From positions 224,001 to 288,000 of the forward strand of contig CAWGPD010000001.1 of NCBI GenBank assembly GCA_963824385.1: a DNA stretch of 64,000 nt. The letters run 5' to 3'. Positions 1 through 9,875 of the stretch are shown here, piece after piece. Below the pieces are notes generated by a model. That model was not told the origin of the DNA. It saw nothing but the letters and a program-made list of their open reading frames with translations, and made no database searches. How positions within the stretch are numbered: position 1 is the stretch's first letter; each line of letters opens with the position of its first letter. A program made the translations under genes and the position numbers. Source of the DNA: an uncultured Nitrososphaerota archaeon (GTDB taxonomy: Archaea > Thermoproteota > Nitrososphaeria > Nitrososphaerales > Nitrosopumilaceae).

Positions 1-677
1 CAATAAAAAACAATGAAATCATCGATCTTATTGAAAATGAAGCCAACCTAAGTGTGGATAATTTCATCGAGGGTGCAATAGAGTTAGCAAAAGAGGTACA
101 TTCAGGAGTAAAACGAGAGGATGGCACTTCATCATTTCTTGAGACGCATATTTGGCCTGTTGTGATGGATGTGATAAGACACTATAGATCAGCAAGTAAA
201 CCGATATCTAGCATTCAGATAGTTTCTGCCATCTTACATGACGTGTTAGAAGATAATGAACGAATATTGGACCTGTATTCTTCAAAATCATATGGTTTTG
301 ATGCATACTTTGAGCATAGATTTGGGCATTATGTTAACAAGGTAGCTACAACTCTAAAGACAAAACCAATAGAAATGTACCAAGGTTCTGACAACAAAGA
401 ACGCGAATTTGAGAGATTCCACGATTATTGTAACGTTTTAGCAAAATCAGATTATGATGTAAAGGTAATCAAACTGGCAGACAGATTAAACAATATGAAA
501 TTCATTGTCAAAGTACCAGGAAATGAAAAGATAATGCGTTATGTTAGAGAAGCTGAAGACTTTTACATTGCATATACAATTCTTGACCCACCAATGTCTG
601 ATTTTTACTTGCAGATTAGGGAATCATATGAGCAATTAAAAAAAATAAAAAAAATGCCTGACCTGGTAACTCAATAA
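1..677 (+). CDS. HD-domain protein, RelA/SpoT-hydrolase (Mesh1)-like; 5'-partial
   Basis: Motifs LHDVLED and IKLADRLNN. The frame stays open from GTG 54 back to the window edge. Confidence 0.8.
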   Translation, partial: IKNNEIIDLIENEANLSVDNFIEGAIELAKEVHSGVKREDGTSSFLETHIWPVVMDVIRHYRSASKPISSIQIVSAILHDVLEDNERILDLYSSKSYGFDAYFEHRFGHYVNKVATTLKTKPIEMYQGSDNKEREFERFHDYCNVLAKSDYDVKVIKLADRLNNMKFIVKVPGNEKIMRYVREAEDFYIAYTILDPPMSDFYLQIRESYEQLKKIKKMPDLVTQ

Positions 678-739
678 TCATATCATTCATATCATAAAAA
701 ATAATCCAAGAAAGTTATAAAATATTTAAGATTTTTGTT

Positions 740-2608
740 TTAACCGTATTGATAGTTTATTCCCTTCTCGCCACGTGCATGTTTCCAGTCAGTCTCTTCT
801 GAACATGTTCCACATTCTACACACCCCTCATGTTGTATAACCACCTTGTTATTTTCTAAAGAGTAACATTTGGTTGGACATAGTATTACCATTTTTTTCA
901 TAAAGTCACTGTCTGATTTTATCACTTTGATATGCGGAAGGTTATCATCGTTGAACTTTAGTTTTCCAATTCGTTCAGCAATAGATGGAATATGTGGTGT
1001 GTAAGAAGCGGAAATTGTTTTACCTGATCTTTCAGCTAGTTCCGTTGGAACTTTGACATAGGTCTCTTCGGACTCTACTAGTGGTAATAATTTATCATAT
1101 CCCAAAATATTTGCAAATCCTACTGCAAAGCCCCTCAGAGTACTGCTAGTCATAAGTTTCACAATCATGCCGTATTTTGCACTGATGATATCTTTTGGAA
1201 TGTCTTTTGCGGCATCTATGAAAATTTTCAGGTAATCTTTGTCTATCTCTTTCATGTCTCTAGTATAGTGACTTTCTTCAGAAGCATTGGAATAAGACCT
1301 TCCCAGATGATCTTGAGACAAGTTGTTTTTGTCTAGAGCATCGGCAATGGCATTTGCAGCCCTTACTGCATCATCAATTCCAACGTTAAGGCCTTCTATT
1401 TTTGGTCCAATGAAGATTCCTCTGCCGGCTGCATCACCTACAAATAGAATATTTTTAATGAAAGGCGTTTTCATTCTGCCACGTTTTCCATCAGGGATTA
1501 GCTTTGCACTATATTCCACCTCGACATAATCTGTTTCAAATGTGATTCCATATTTGTCTGCCATTTGACTTTGAACTGAAGATAATTGTGATCTTATTTC
1601 ATCTTCAGATGCATATTTTCCGCTTTTGATCAGTCTTTCCCTACCACTTTTTGAAAGAAGTGCATCCCTTGTCTCCTGCCATGATTTTATCAGTTTAGTT
1701 GTTGCAAAGCGAATTCTGACTTGTTCTTCTTTTGATGAATTCTTGTCGATCTCTTTTTTTACCGGTACTTGGTCTTTGATAAATTCACTAATCATCGGAT
1801 TTTTAAGTAAAGCATCAATCATGGTATAAGGCTCAGAGGGATGCTCAAGCAAGGAATCCAAGTGATAAACTCCTCCAACTGACAAGGTGTTTTGATTAGT
1901 GTAAACAAATCCTCCACCTATATGGTTCAAAGTAACATCTCCTGCAAACAGATGAGCTGCTCCTTCTTCTGAGCTAACCCCAAACCTTTCATTGATTACA
2001 TCTTCTGGCAATTTTACTATTACTTTGACACCTTGGTATAGTTCACTTGGAGAGAATTTTGGTCTCACTTTTGTTATCTGTGCAACTTCGGAATTAACTC
2101 CATCAGCTGCAATAACTGCTCTTGTTTCAATCTCTTCAAGCTCGTCAGTATAGATTATTGTCTTGTCACCATCCCATTTGATATCTCGCACATGAACTCC
2201 AGGTATTATTCCTCCTCCGAATTTTTGTGCGCTCTCATTTGCTTGCTGTGCAAACCATTTGTTTAACTTGTTCATAAGAACAGAGTATCCGTAATTTGCC
2301 TCATAGTTATGAGCAGGTGTCAAGTCCATTGAAAAGACCTTGTCTTTGGAGGTTGAACATAGAATGTATTTTGTAATCTTTCTCTCTACAGGTGCATCAG
2401 TAAGAAAATTTTCATAGATATCTTCAACATTAAACACTTTACCTTTTACTGGTTTTTTTGAATAGAGTATTCCTCCTGAAACACTCTTTGAGCCAACCAT
2501 ATTGCCTGATTCCAAAAGTATTGCTTGCTTGCCTCGGTTTGATAGCTGTTTTAGAGCTGCAAGTCCTGAAGAACCTCCTCCAATTATAACTACATCATAT
2601 TTTTCCAA
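740..2608 (-). CDS. fixC: FixC-like FAD-dependent ETF:quinone oxidoreductase fused to a C-terminal FixX-like ferredoxin
   Basis: GGGSSG FAD motif, GSKSVSGG, AADG, VGDAAG. C-terminal CPTKCY...HEGCVECGTC. Lies downstream of etfAB. Confidence 0.88.
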   Translation of the reverse strand: MEKYDVVIIGGGSSGLAALKQLSNRGKQAILLESGNMVGSKSVSGGILYSKKPVKGKVFNVEDIYENFLTDAPVERKITKYILCSTSKDKVFSMDLTPAHNYEANYGYSVLMNKLNKWFAQQANESAQKFGGGIIPGVHVRDIKWDGDKTIIYTDELEEIETRAVIAADGVNSEVAQITKVRPKFSPSELYQGVKVIVKLPEDVINERFGVSSEEGAAHLFAGDVTLNHIGGGFVYTNQNTLSVGGVYHLDSLLEHPSEPYTMIDALLKNPMISEFIKDQVPVKKEIDKNSSKEEQVRIRFATTKLIKSWQETRDALLSKSGRERLIKSGKYASEDEIRSQLSSVQSQMADKYGITFETDYVEVEYSAKLIPDGKRGRMKTPFIKNILFVGDAAGRGIFIGPKIEGLNVGIDDAVRAANAIADALDKNNLSQDHLGRSYSNASEESHYTRDMKEIDKDYLKIFIDAAKDIPKDIISAKYGMIVKLMTSSTLRGFAVGFANILGYDKLLPLVESEETYVKVPTELAERSGKTISASYTPHIPSIAERIGKLKFNDDNLPHIKVIKSDSDFMKKMVILCPTKCYSLENNKVVIQHEGCVECGTCSEETDWKHARGEKGINYQYG

Positions 2609-2618
2609 GATCTATCAC

Positions 2619-3803
2619 CTATGCCTGGACTACCTTTTTTTGCGTTTTAAGATTTTCAATCAACATTGGAATTACATCTTCCATTCTGCCTTTAATGAAG
2701 ATGTCACATTCATCTTTTATTGGAGAATCTTCGTCAGGATTAATTGCAAGGATAAATTCAGAATCTTTCATACCAGCTAAATGTTGGATTGCTCCACTAA
2801 TACCCACTGCAATGTACAACTTGGGGCTTACTTTTCTTCCGCTGCTGCCAATTACTCTATCTGCTATAAAATATTTAGAATCAATTGACTGATTGATTGA
2901 AATAATCTTTTTTGATAACGGTAGGGATACACCTATCTCTGCTTCCAACTCTGATGCAAGTTGTTCTATTAGTTTGACATTTTGTTCTGGAGCATCCTTT
3001 ATTCCACGACCAAAACCCACAATGGTTCTACGCGCGTCAAAATCAATCTCGTTTTTAATTATTTTACGGTCAAGAATTTTAACCAAAAGATCTTTTTCTT
3101 CAAATCGTGGCAAATATTCTATAATTTTTCCACTTCGCTTAGAATCAGATTCAATTGGCTCAAAAACGCCAGGTATTATGCTGCATGCCTGTGGATGATA
3201 ATCTCTCTCAATTGATGGATTTCTGTTATCAAGACATAGAATTGTAGTCCACAAAAACCCCGAAAAGTCAGGTCTGTACATTTCAAGTGTTTTTTCATAT
3301 GTCAGAGGTTTACCAGCCGTTTTAATTTGGTGGGTTAGCTGCAGGTCCTCTACGACAAGCTTGTTGATGTCGGATGCAAGGCCAGAATCTAGTTCTGCCA
3401 TTACAGTAGAAGAGAGATGTCTTCCCACACTATCTGCTGCAAAGAACATGTAGCGAGGTTTTTTAAAACTTGCAGAGTCAACTGATTCTACTTTAGCTGC
3501 TACCTCTTTGTCTGTAGCAATCTGGGCAATCAACTTTGTGTAAATTGTATTTCTTACATATCTTAGCTCTTGATTATCAGAAACTATTACAACATCTGCA
3601 CCATGTTCAATTAGTACTTTGGAAATTTCTTTTACACCATCTCCTAAAAGTAGCGCAACAACTTTTTCATCAGATGAATATTTTTTATTAAAATCATCCA
3701 TGAGTCTTCTTGCTTCACTGAGCATCTCAAGACTAACTGGAACTATTTTACCTTCTTCCTGTTCCATTACAACGTATAGGTGTCTATAATCTCCATCTGT
3801 CAT
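2619..3803 (-). CDS. etfA: Electron transfer flavoprotein subunit alpha (FixB)
   Basis: VGFGRG and IGSSGRKVSPKLYIAVGISGAIQHLAGM..S..ILAINPD, the ETF-alpha signature. Confidence 0.92.
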   Translation of the reverse strand: MTDGDYRHLYVVMEQEEGKIVPVSLEMLSEARRLMDDFNKKYSSDEKVVALLLGDGVKEISKVLIEHGADVVIVSDNQELRYVRNTIYTKLIAQIATDKEVAAKVESVDSASFKKPRYMFFAADSVGRHLSSTVMAELDSGLASDINKLVVEDLQLTHQIKTAGKPLTYEKTLEMYRPDFSGFLWTTILCLDNRNPSIERDYHPQACSIIPGVFEPIESDSKRSGKIIEYLPRFEEKDLLVKILDRKIIKNEIDFDARRTIVGFGRGIKDAPEQNVKLIEQLASELEAEIGVSLPLSKKIISINQSIDSKYFIADRVIGSSGRKVSPKLYIAVGISGAIQHLAGMKDSEFILAINPDEDSPIKDECDIFIKGRMEDVIPMLIENLKTQKKVVQA

Positions 3804-4678
3804 TTTATCACCATTGTAGATAATGCTTGACGTAATCGGGCAACAACTTTTCCAATCTGTTCATTACTAGAACCATCTATAACTTCTGCCTGTCTACCAG
3901 CTTTTCCTTTTGGAATTTTTTCTACCTTGTATACTATAGTTGGAGAACCAGCAAGTCCAATGAGTTTTGGATCTGCTCCAAGTTGTTCGGCATTTAGAAT
4001 TTTCAAATACTGTTTGAAATTTTGTGCCCTATCACTTGCCTCTTTTTGATATTTTTGAAATGCAAGTCTCTGAGAAACAGTATTGAATATGGGCTTGTAG
4101 GATGGGTCAATTGCGATAAAGACTGGAAGTGGAGCCTCCACCTCTTCAATAACATCATAAAACCCCTGAAGTCTAATTGAGCGCTTGGCTCTCACAGTTC
4201 GATTTTTTACATCTACTTCATAATCAATAACATTGCCAAGAAATGTAAAACCAAGTTTCCATGCAGTCTGAGGTCCAACTTGACCAGTCTCTCCATCAGA
4301 GGCCCTATGTCCTGAAAATATTATATCCATAGGTCCTTGCATTTTGTGGATTCCAGTCTTTAGCAATTCTGCAGTTCCCAGAGTATCCGCACCTGCAAAA
4401 ATTCGATCACTGAAAAGATAAAGCTCGTCCGCATCTGATATCTGCTGGGCATTTTGAAGTATTAGATCAGCATTTGGTGGACCCATTGTTCCAATCGAGA
4501 CCTTTGCATCGTATTTGACCTTTGAGTAGAATGCCGCACTTGCAGCCAATGCACTATGTGGACCCAGTATGTTCTTAGTCTCTGCTCGATTAAGGGTCCC
4601 ATCAGGATTGTAACTTACATTTCCTTCAGAAAAATCTGGTTCTAGTTTGACAATTACTGCGACATTAAGTGATGACAA
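3800..4678 (-). CDS. etfB: Electron transfer flavoprotein subunit beta (FixA)
   Basis: TMGPP, FAGADTLGT, DGETGQVGP, GLAGSPT. Overlaps etfA by 4 nt. Confidence 0.92.
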   Translation of the reverse strand: MSSLNVAVIVKLEPDFSEGNVSYNPDGTLNRAETKNILGPHSALAASAAFYSKVKYDAKVSIGTMGPPNADLILQNAQQISDADELYLFSDRIFAGADTLGTAELLKTGIHKMQGPMDIIFSGHRASDGETGQVGPQTAWKLGFTFLGNVIDYEVDVKNRTVRAKRSIRLQGFYDVIEEVEAPLPVFIAIDPSYKPIFNTVSQRLAFQKYQKEASDRAQNFKQYLKILNAEQLGADPKLIGLAGSPTIVYKVEKIPKGKAGRQAEVIDGSSNEQIGKVVARLRQALSTMVIK

Positions 4679-4894
4679 TTTTACTTCCTTTGCCTTGCAA
4701 TAATTTGGGTATATAAAATATGATTTTAAAGTTTCGTATTTATGATATAAAAAAATTCAAGGACTAGAATTTAATAATTTGAGAATATCTTTGTGGATCT
4801 ATTTTTGATCGACTTGTTCATAAAATTCCTAAAATTAACTTGTTATATCATGGAATAATTTTAGTGTGGAATATACCAATAATGAAAACAGACT

Positions 4895-5101
4895 TTAGCT
4901 TAACTTTTGAGCGTCTTTTTTCCAGATTCTGACACCATCAACGAAGACTTGTTCAGGTTCCTCAAATACAGTATGCCACTTGCCGTCATGTGGAAAGAGT
5001 TTGTCCATTTCCTTTATTTTGCTATTTGTTGGAAAAGCATTGGTAAGTGCGCCCCATCTCATATTAGGAACTTTGGGCATGATCTCGTTGATATCTCGCA
5101 T
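4895..5101 (-). CDS. Small hypothetical protein (68 aa)
   Basis: ATG at 5101 gives MRDINEIMPKVPNMRWGAL..., a globular-looking sequence. Confidence 0.65.
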   Translation of the reverse strand: MRDINEIMPKVPNMRWGALTNAFPTNSKIKEMDKLFPHDGKWHTVFEEPEQVFVDGVRIWKKDAQKLS

Positions 5102-5188
5102 ATGATACAATACAAAATCACGGGATAAAATACTATGCATTTGCCTTGTGAAAAAACACACTTTGAAAAAAATCATGATCTATTGAAG

Positions 5189-5214
5189 TGACTGATTTGT
5201 ACAATCCCCAGTCA
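5189..5214. promoter_or_regulatory. TGACTG-N14-CAGTCA dyad upstream of the proteasome beta gene
   Basis: Perfect 6-bp inverted repeat. The segment 5188-5220 is 27/33 identical to 57678-57710. Confidence 0.55.
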
Positions 5215-5242
5215 ATTAATTCATGGGTACTGTATTACTTGC

Positions 5243-5815
5243 ATGACAACAATAGTTGGAATCAAAACAAGAGAAGGCGTAGTACTTGGTTCAGACAAAA
5301 GAGCAAGCAAGGGCTTTTTTATCGGATCTAAAATAGTACAAAAAATTGCAAAGATAGATGAGACACTAGCTGTTGCAATTGCAGGTCAAGTATCAGATGC
5401 AGAGCACATAATCAAGATGGCAAAAGCAGAACGAAGGCTTGTGGAATTAAGAAGAGGATTTCCATTGAGCATCAAAGAATCTTCAAGGCTGATTGCAAAT
5501 ATAGCATATTCCGGCCTTAGAAATTATCAGCCATATTACGTAGAACTTCTAGTGGCAGGAGTTGACAGAGAAGGATCGCATGTATTTGCAGCAGATATGA
5601 GCGGCGCAGTCATGGAAGAAGACTTTGCATCATCTGGCTCTGGCTCACCTATTGCATATGGAGTGCTTGAAAGCTTGTACAACAAGGATGTAACAAATAG
5701 TCAGGCAAGCGAGATTGCAACACGCGCAGTAGCTGCAGCGATGGAGCGAGACCCTGGTTCGGGAAATGGAATAAACATTCTAGCAATACAGAATCTAAAG
5801 GAGGTTGCTGTATAA
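5243..5815 (+). CDS. psmB: 20S proteasome beta-type subunit, no propeptide
   Basis: M-TTIVGIK...D17KR...K33, AGQVSDA, SGSG. The Ntn-hydrolase catalytic residues are intact. Confidence 0.9.
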   Translation: MTTIVGIKTREGVVLGSDKRASKGFFIGSKIVQKIAKIDETLAVAIAGQVSDAEHIIKMAKAERRLVELRRGFPLSIKESSRLIANIAYSGLRNYQPYYVELLVAGVDREGSHVFAADMSGAVMEEDFASSGSGSPIAYGVLESLYNKDVTNSQASEIATRAVAAAMERDPGSGNGINILAIQNLKEVAV

Positions 5816-6481
5816 TGTCTGAATCTCAAAACAGTTCAAGATTTCCTTTCTACGGACCGCAGGGAAGGCTTGTCCTTGTAGATAGTGCATTAGAAGCAGT
5901 AAGCAGAGGCTCTACTACAATAGGAATCAAGACTCCAAACTTTGCAATGATTGCAAGTCAGATAAAACCAACACATCCATTGATGGAACCATCTGAGAAG
6001 ATATTTCCAATAGATTATCATGTTGGTGCAACAGGTGCTGGATATATTGGTGACATCTTGCAACTAATTGATACACTGCGTCTTGAATCACAAAAACATA
6101 GATTGACATACGAGACTCCGATAGATGTAGACTCGCTTGCAAAACATCTCAGTAGTTTTCTGCATAATTATACAACATATGCAGTAAGACCTCAGGCAGC
6201 ATCTGTAATTCTTACAGGTCAAGACCAGACTGGAATACAACTGTACCAAGTAGAATCCTAGCGGAACTTTTTTTAGAGGTTCTGGATTTGCAATAGGCCA
6301 GTCCTCAGATATTGCCCTTGATGTCATAACTAAAGAGTACAGCAAAGAGATGAAGTTAGAACAAGCAATAGAACTTGGCAGAAAGGCAATAGAAAAAGCA
6401 CTTGGAGAAAAGCCCATAGTTGAGACAGGAATCATAGAACCTGGGCAGGCATTTCGTAAAATACGCACTGATAACACCTAG
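5815..6481 (+). pseudogene. psmA: 20S proteasome alpha-type subunit; +1 frameshift near 6255 (likely sequencing error)
   Basis: GPQGRL..V..ALEAV.RGSTTIGIK, EKIF.ID.HVG. Removing one A restores VDPSGTFF...AIG and the frame runs to TAG 6479-6481. Confidence 0.85.
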
Positions 6482-6610
6482 ATTTTTTTCAAGGTGTTCA
6501 TTTTTATTTTTTTTAAAAACATACCAAAAGACTAGAGACAATTTATTTCATATTCAAGAACAATAATCTACCAGTAACTAAAATACAACATGTGCGGATA
6601 AATAACAGAT

Positions 6611-7390
6611 ATGAATCTGGTACAAAATATCAAAGATACAGTACATGCCAAAAATATCACTACTAGTGAATATTCAAAATCGCCGCAAATCGCTGACGAT
6701 ATAGTACTAAAAATAGAACATGTCGACAAGATATTTGATTCAGCTTCTGGCAGAGTTGTTGCATTAAAAGACATAAATTTAACAGTAAAACGCGGCCAGT
6801 TTGTATCCATTATAGGTCCTTCTGGATGCGGAAAATCTACACTTCTTAATATCATAGGCGCACTTGACAGGCCAACATCAGGTAATGTATTCATAAACGG
6901 ATACAACATATTCACGCTTGGAGACTCTGAAATTGCCACCATGCGAAATCGTCTCATAGGATATATCTTTCAATCATATAATCTGGTCAACAGAAGCACA
7001 GTTGAGATCAATGTAAAACTTCCCGCAATCATAGCTGGAATGTCTACTGCAGAGGCAAATCATAGAGCAAAAAATATTTTAAAAGAATTAGGAATAGAAG
7101 ACAAGGCAAAACAAAAACCAGCCAATCTAAGTGGAGGCCAGCAGCAAAGGGTTGCAATTGCAAGATGCTTGATTAACAACCCGGCAATAATTTTAGCTGA
7201 CGAGCCAACAGGAAATTTAGATACAAAAACGGGTCAGGACATATTTGATATGCTAAAGATATTATCCCACAAGTTTGGACGCACCATCATAATGGTTACA
7301 CATAATCCCGAACTTGCAGAAGCTACTGACAGATCAGTTCAAATCAGAGACGGCAGAATTGAAAAAGACGTGCTAAATAAAATCAATTAA
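6611..7390 (+). CDS. ABC transporter ATP-binding protein (LolD/MacB family)
   Basis: GPSGCGKS, LSGGQQQRVAIAR, LADEPTGNLD. Confidence 0.92.
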   Translation: MNLVQNIKDTVHAKNITTSEYSKSPQIADDIVLKIEHVDKIFDSASGRVVALKDINLTVKRGQFVSIIGPSGCGKSTLLNIIGALDRPTSGNVFINGYNIFTLGDSEIATMRNRLIGYIFQSYNLVNRSTVEINVKLPAIIAGMSTAEANHRAKNILKELGIEDKAKQKPANLSGGQQQRVAIARCLINNPAIILADEPTGNLDTKTGQDIFDMLKILSHKFGRTIIMVTHNPELAEATDRSVQIRDGRIEKDVLNKIN

Positions 7391-7463
7391 TATCATTTGC
7401 ATGCATTATCAGATATAGTAATTCAGAGCCATCTTAAAATACGATCCACTCGTAATTATACAC

Positions 7464-7817
7464 ATGCAAGGTTCAAGTGCATTAGACAAATATGATTTAA
7501 AAAAAGCCCATAAAGCTTTGAAGATGTTACTTATTGATAGAAGTAATGAATTTCGAGTATTTGCCCACGGTATTGGATACCCAGTAAATACTGAAAACTG
7601 GGAAGTAATTGTATTAAATTTCTGCCTTGATTTTGTAGATTGTTTCAAAGACATGTCAGGTGAGACTCCACTTGACCATAATCAGATCCACAAATGCATG
7701 ACTCACATTAGACAAATTACTAGAGGCAAGACAAACATGACCGAAGTTACACACCTTGAGAATACCGCGTACCTCATTGCAGAAGATTTCAAATCAATTT
7801 ACAAAAGAATGGAGTAG
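7464..7817 (+). CDS. Hypothetical protein
   Basis: 117-aa ORF with normal composition. Confidence 0.65.
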   Translation: MQGSSALDKYDLKKAHKALKMLLIDRSNEFRVFAHGIGYPVNTENWEVIVLNFCLDFVDCFKDMSGETPLDHNQIHKCMTHIRQITRGKTNMTEVTHLENTAYLIAEDFKSIYKRME

Positions 7818-7867
7818 AAAGTATATTTCATACTCTAAAGATTATACATTCAGATTAGCATCATAAA

Positions 7868-8596
7868 TTAATTATACGAGCTAAAAGAATGAAAACTATT
7901 TTTACCATCAGGTCTGTCTTGCCTTTCTTTGAGTAGTCTTGTAATATGTTCTAATATTTTATGAGCATGAATTATAGACTCGGACTTGAGCTTGGCTCCT
8001 GAAGCATCACTTTCCACAACTGCGTATCTTGAGACAAGTTTTAGATTTACACGATACTTGTCACTACTTGCCCATTGCAGCACATACCCACCATCCCCTT
8101 GGATAATTCCTATCCAGCGCAGAGTTCCAAACCATTTTCCATGTAATTTGCGTATAACATCCTCTACTTTGATCTCAGTTGGAATGTACAGCTGAAGTAT
8201 CTGTTCGAATTGTTCATACTGGTCAGATATTCCATTGGATAAATTTTCAAGATCAATTCTAGACTTTTTGACAAGTATTGAATCCAAATTCTTTGCAAGT
8301 CTGTAACCATGAACTGTTTTTTTTATCAAGCCTGCACTTGCTAGTCGGTGTAATGAGCGTGTTAGGCTTTGTTGATGAATCCCAAGCTTTCGAACAAGAC
8401 CATTAAACGTATACTGGTTATCACTAACATCACTGTCCTGATTTAATACAGACAAGACTTTTTTGTCGTTTGTCTGAAAATCATCAAGGGATAAATCAGT
8501 TGAATTATCAATTATAATCTGGACCATCTTATCATCCACTTTGACCTCTTTTTCGTTTTCAGGCTTTGCTTTTTCTTGTGATTCTTTGTTTTCCAT
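7868..8596 (-). CDS. Winged-helix DNA-binding domain protein
   Basis: TFNGLVRKLGIHQQSLTRSLHRL..AGLIKK, a wHTH pattern. Confidence 0.7.
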   Translation of the reverse strand: MENKESQEKAKPENEKEVKVDDKMVQIIIDNSTDLSLDDFQTNDKKVLSVLNQDSDVSDNQYTFNGLVRKLGIHQQSLTRSLHRLASAGLIKKTVHGYRLAKNLDSILVKKSRIDLENLSNGISDQYEQFEQILQLYIPTEIKVEDVIRKLHGKWFGTLRWIGIIQGDGGYVLQWASSDKYRVNLKLVSRYAVVESDASGAKLKSESIIHAHKILEHITRLLKERQDRPDGKNSFHSFSSYN

Positions 8597-8619
8597 GTCT
8601 ATTACTCCAATTAGCTCTT

Positions 8620-8925
8620 TTACTTATTTAAAACTAGTTTAGCTTCAAGCACTTGAGATGATTCTAATATAGAATTTCTAGGTTTTATCAAATTACTTTC
8701 ATTTTTTATCATACCATAATGTAGTAGAGATAATCTATTTTTTCGTGACTGTGTATTTCTTGAGTTTAATCGTAGTTTATTATTGCAACATGGACAACGT
8801 ATTCCAGAGGATAGCGAGTCTACAAATATTCCGCATATAGAACAAGGTCTTTGTCCCACTGCAAATCTAAATCCTCCCAATGGTTTTTTTGCTGCAAACC
8901 TGTAGCAAATTCCTTTGCACTTCAA
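8620..8925 (-). CDS. Cys-rich putative zinc-binding protein
   Basis: CKGIC...GQRPCSIC...CPCC. Paralogous to 60618-60923. Confidence 0.7.
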   Translation of the reverse strand: MKCKGICYRFAAKKPLGGFRFAVGQRPCSICGIFVDSLSSGIRCPCCNNKLRLNSRNTQSRKNRLSLLHYGMIKNESNLIKPRNSILESSQVLEAKLVLNK

Positions 8926-8958
8926 GTCTTACTAGTAATACTACATTTCAAATAAAAT

Positions 8959-8984
8959 AGACTAGGTTCAGCAAAACCTAGTCA
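8959..8984. promoter_or_regulatory. Inverted repeat in divergent promoter (AGACTA-N14-TAGTCA)
   Basis: GACTAGGTT-CAGCAA-AACCTAGTC is a perfect 9-bp dyad with the same geometry as the 5189 and 57679 sites. Confidence 0.5.
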
Positions 8985-9040
8985 CATGTATTTTCATACC
9001 AATTCAAAAATAAATACTGCCATCAAATAGAAGATAGTCA

Positions 9041-9835
9041 TTGGTCGACGTTTGGACTTTTGTAGCAATATCCATTCCTACAATGATCCTACTAGGTATG
9101 CGACATGCCCTTGATGTTGATCATATAACTGTAATAGACAATCTAGTACGATTACACAATGCTATTAAAAAATCAAGATGGGTAGGTGCAGGATTTAGTG
9201 CTGGACATATGGCATCAGTATTAGCAGAGATGCTTTTCATAATTTATGTAGTTGGCAGTATAACCAGTGCAAATAATCTCATGTTTTGGGGCGGCGTGGT
9301 TGGAGCAATTGCTTTGGGAGTAATAGGTGCAATCAACATCATTTCAATGAAAAAATGGGGAAGGAGCGGTGTCGCAATATTTGCTAGCAAGATTCTTGCT
9401 AGAACTGGAGTTTTAGGACCAGTTGGATCTTCAGTAGTCACGGGTTTGATATTTGGCCTTGGCTTTGATACTGCTACACAGATCTCTGCAATTACATTGT
9501 CTGCGGTAGCATCCGCTACGGCTGGAATGCAAACAGCACTAATCCTTGCAGGATTCTTTGCTCTTGGAATGATTCCAATAGATACTTTTGACAGCGTTCT
9601 ATTGCGTTCCGCATTCTCCAAGATACTTCACGCAAAAGGATTCAGGTATACATCATATGCATTAAGCGCTGCAGCATTGACAATCGCTGCTGTTGCAGCA
9701 TATGAAACGTTAACAAATTCAGAGATACTTCCAGAATTGACAGGTCCAGTTTTGGCAGTGACAATAGTTTCTGCTTCATTTGGATATGCTTTTGTCACAA
9801 GGAAAAAAATTCAAGGAACAAAGCATGCGGATTAG
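9041..9835 (+). CDS. NiCoT (HoxN/HupN/NixA) family nickel/cobalt permease
   Basis: RHALDVDH, GFSAGH and GLGFDTATQ signatures, with multiple TM helices. Confidence 0.85.
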   Translation: MVDVWTFVAISIPTMILLGMRHALDVDHITVIDNLVRLHNAIKKSRWVGAGFSAGHMASVLAEMLFIIYVVGSITSANNLMFWGGVVGAIALGVIGAINIISMKKWGRSGVAIFASKILARTGVLGPVGSSVVTGLIFGLGFDTATQISAITLSAVASATAGMQTALILAGFFALGMIPIDTFDSVLLRSAFSKILHAKGFRYTSYALSAAALTIAAVAAYETLTNSEILPELTGPVLAVTIVSASFGYAFVTRKKIQGTKHAD

Positions 9836-9875
9836 AATATTTAATTGTGAAAAAATTTTGTATTAGATATACAGA

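Noticed and set aside
6611..7390. ABC ATPase as the regulatory ATPase of the adjacent proteasome pair
   Set aside because: It is a standard LolD/MacB-type ABC domain, not an AAA+ PAN/Cdc48, and has no HbYX tail. Its permease is probably elsewhere.
8985..9040. NikR operator upstream of the NiCoT permease
   Set aside because: Only a TCATAC half-site is present, with no GTATGA partner at the expected spacing.
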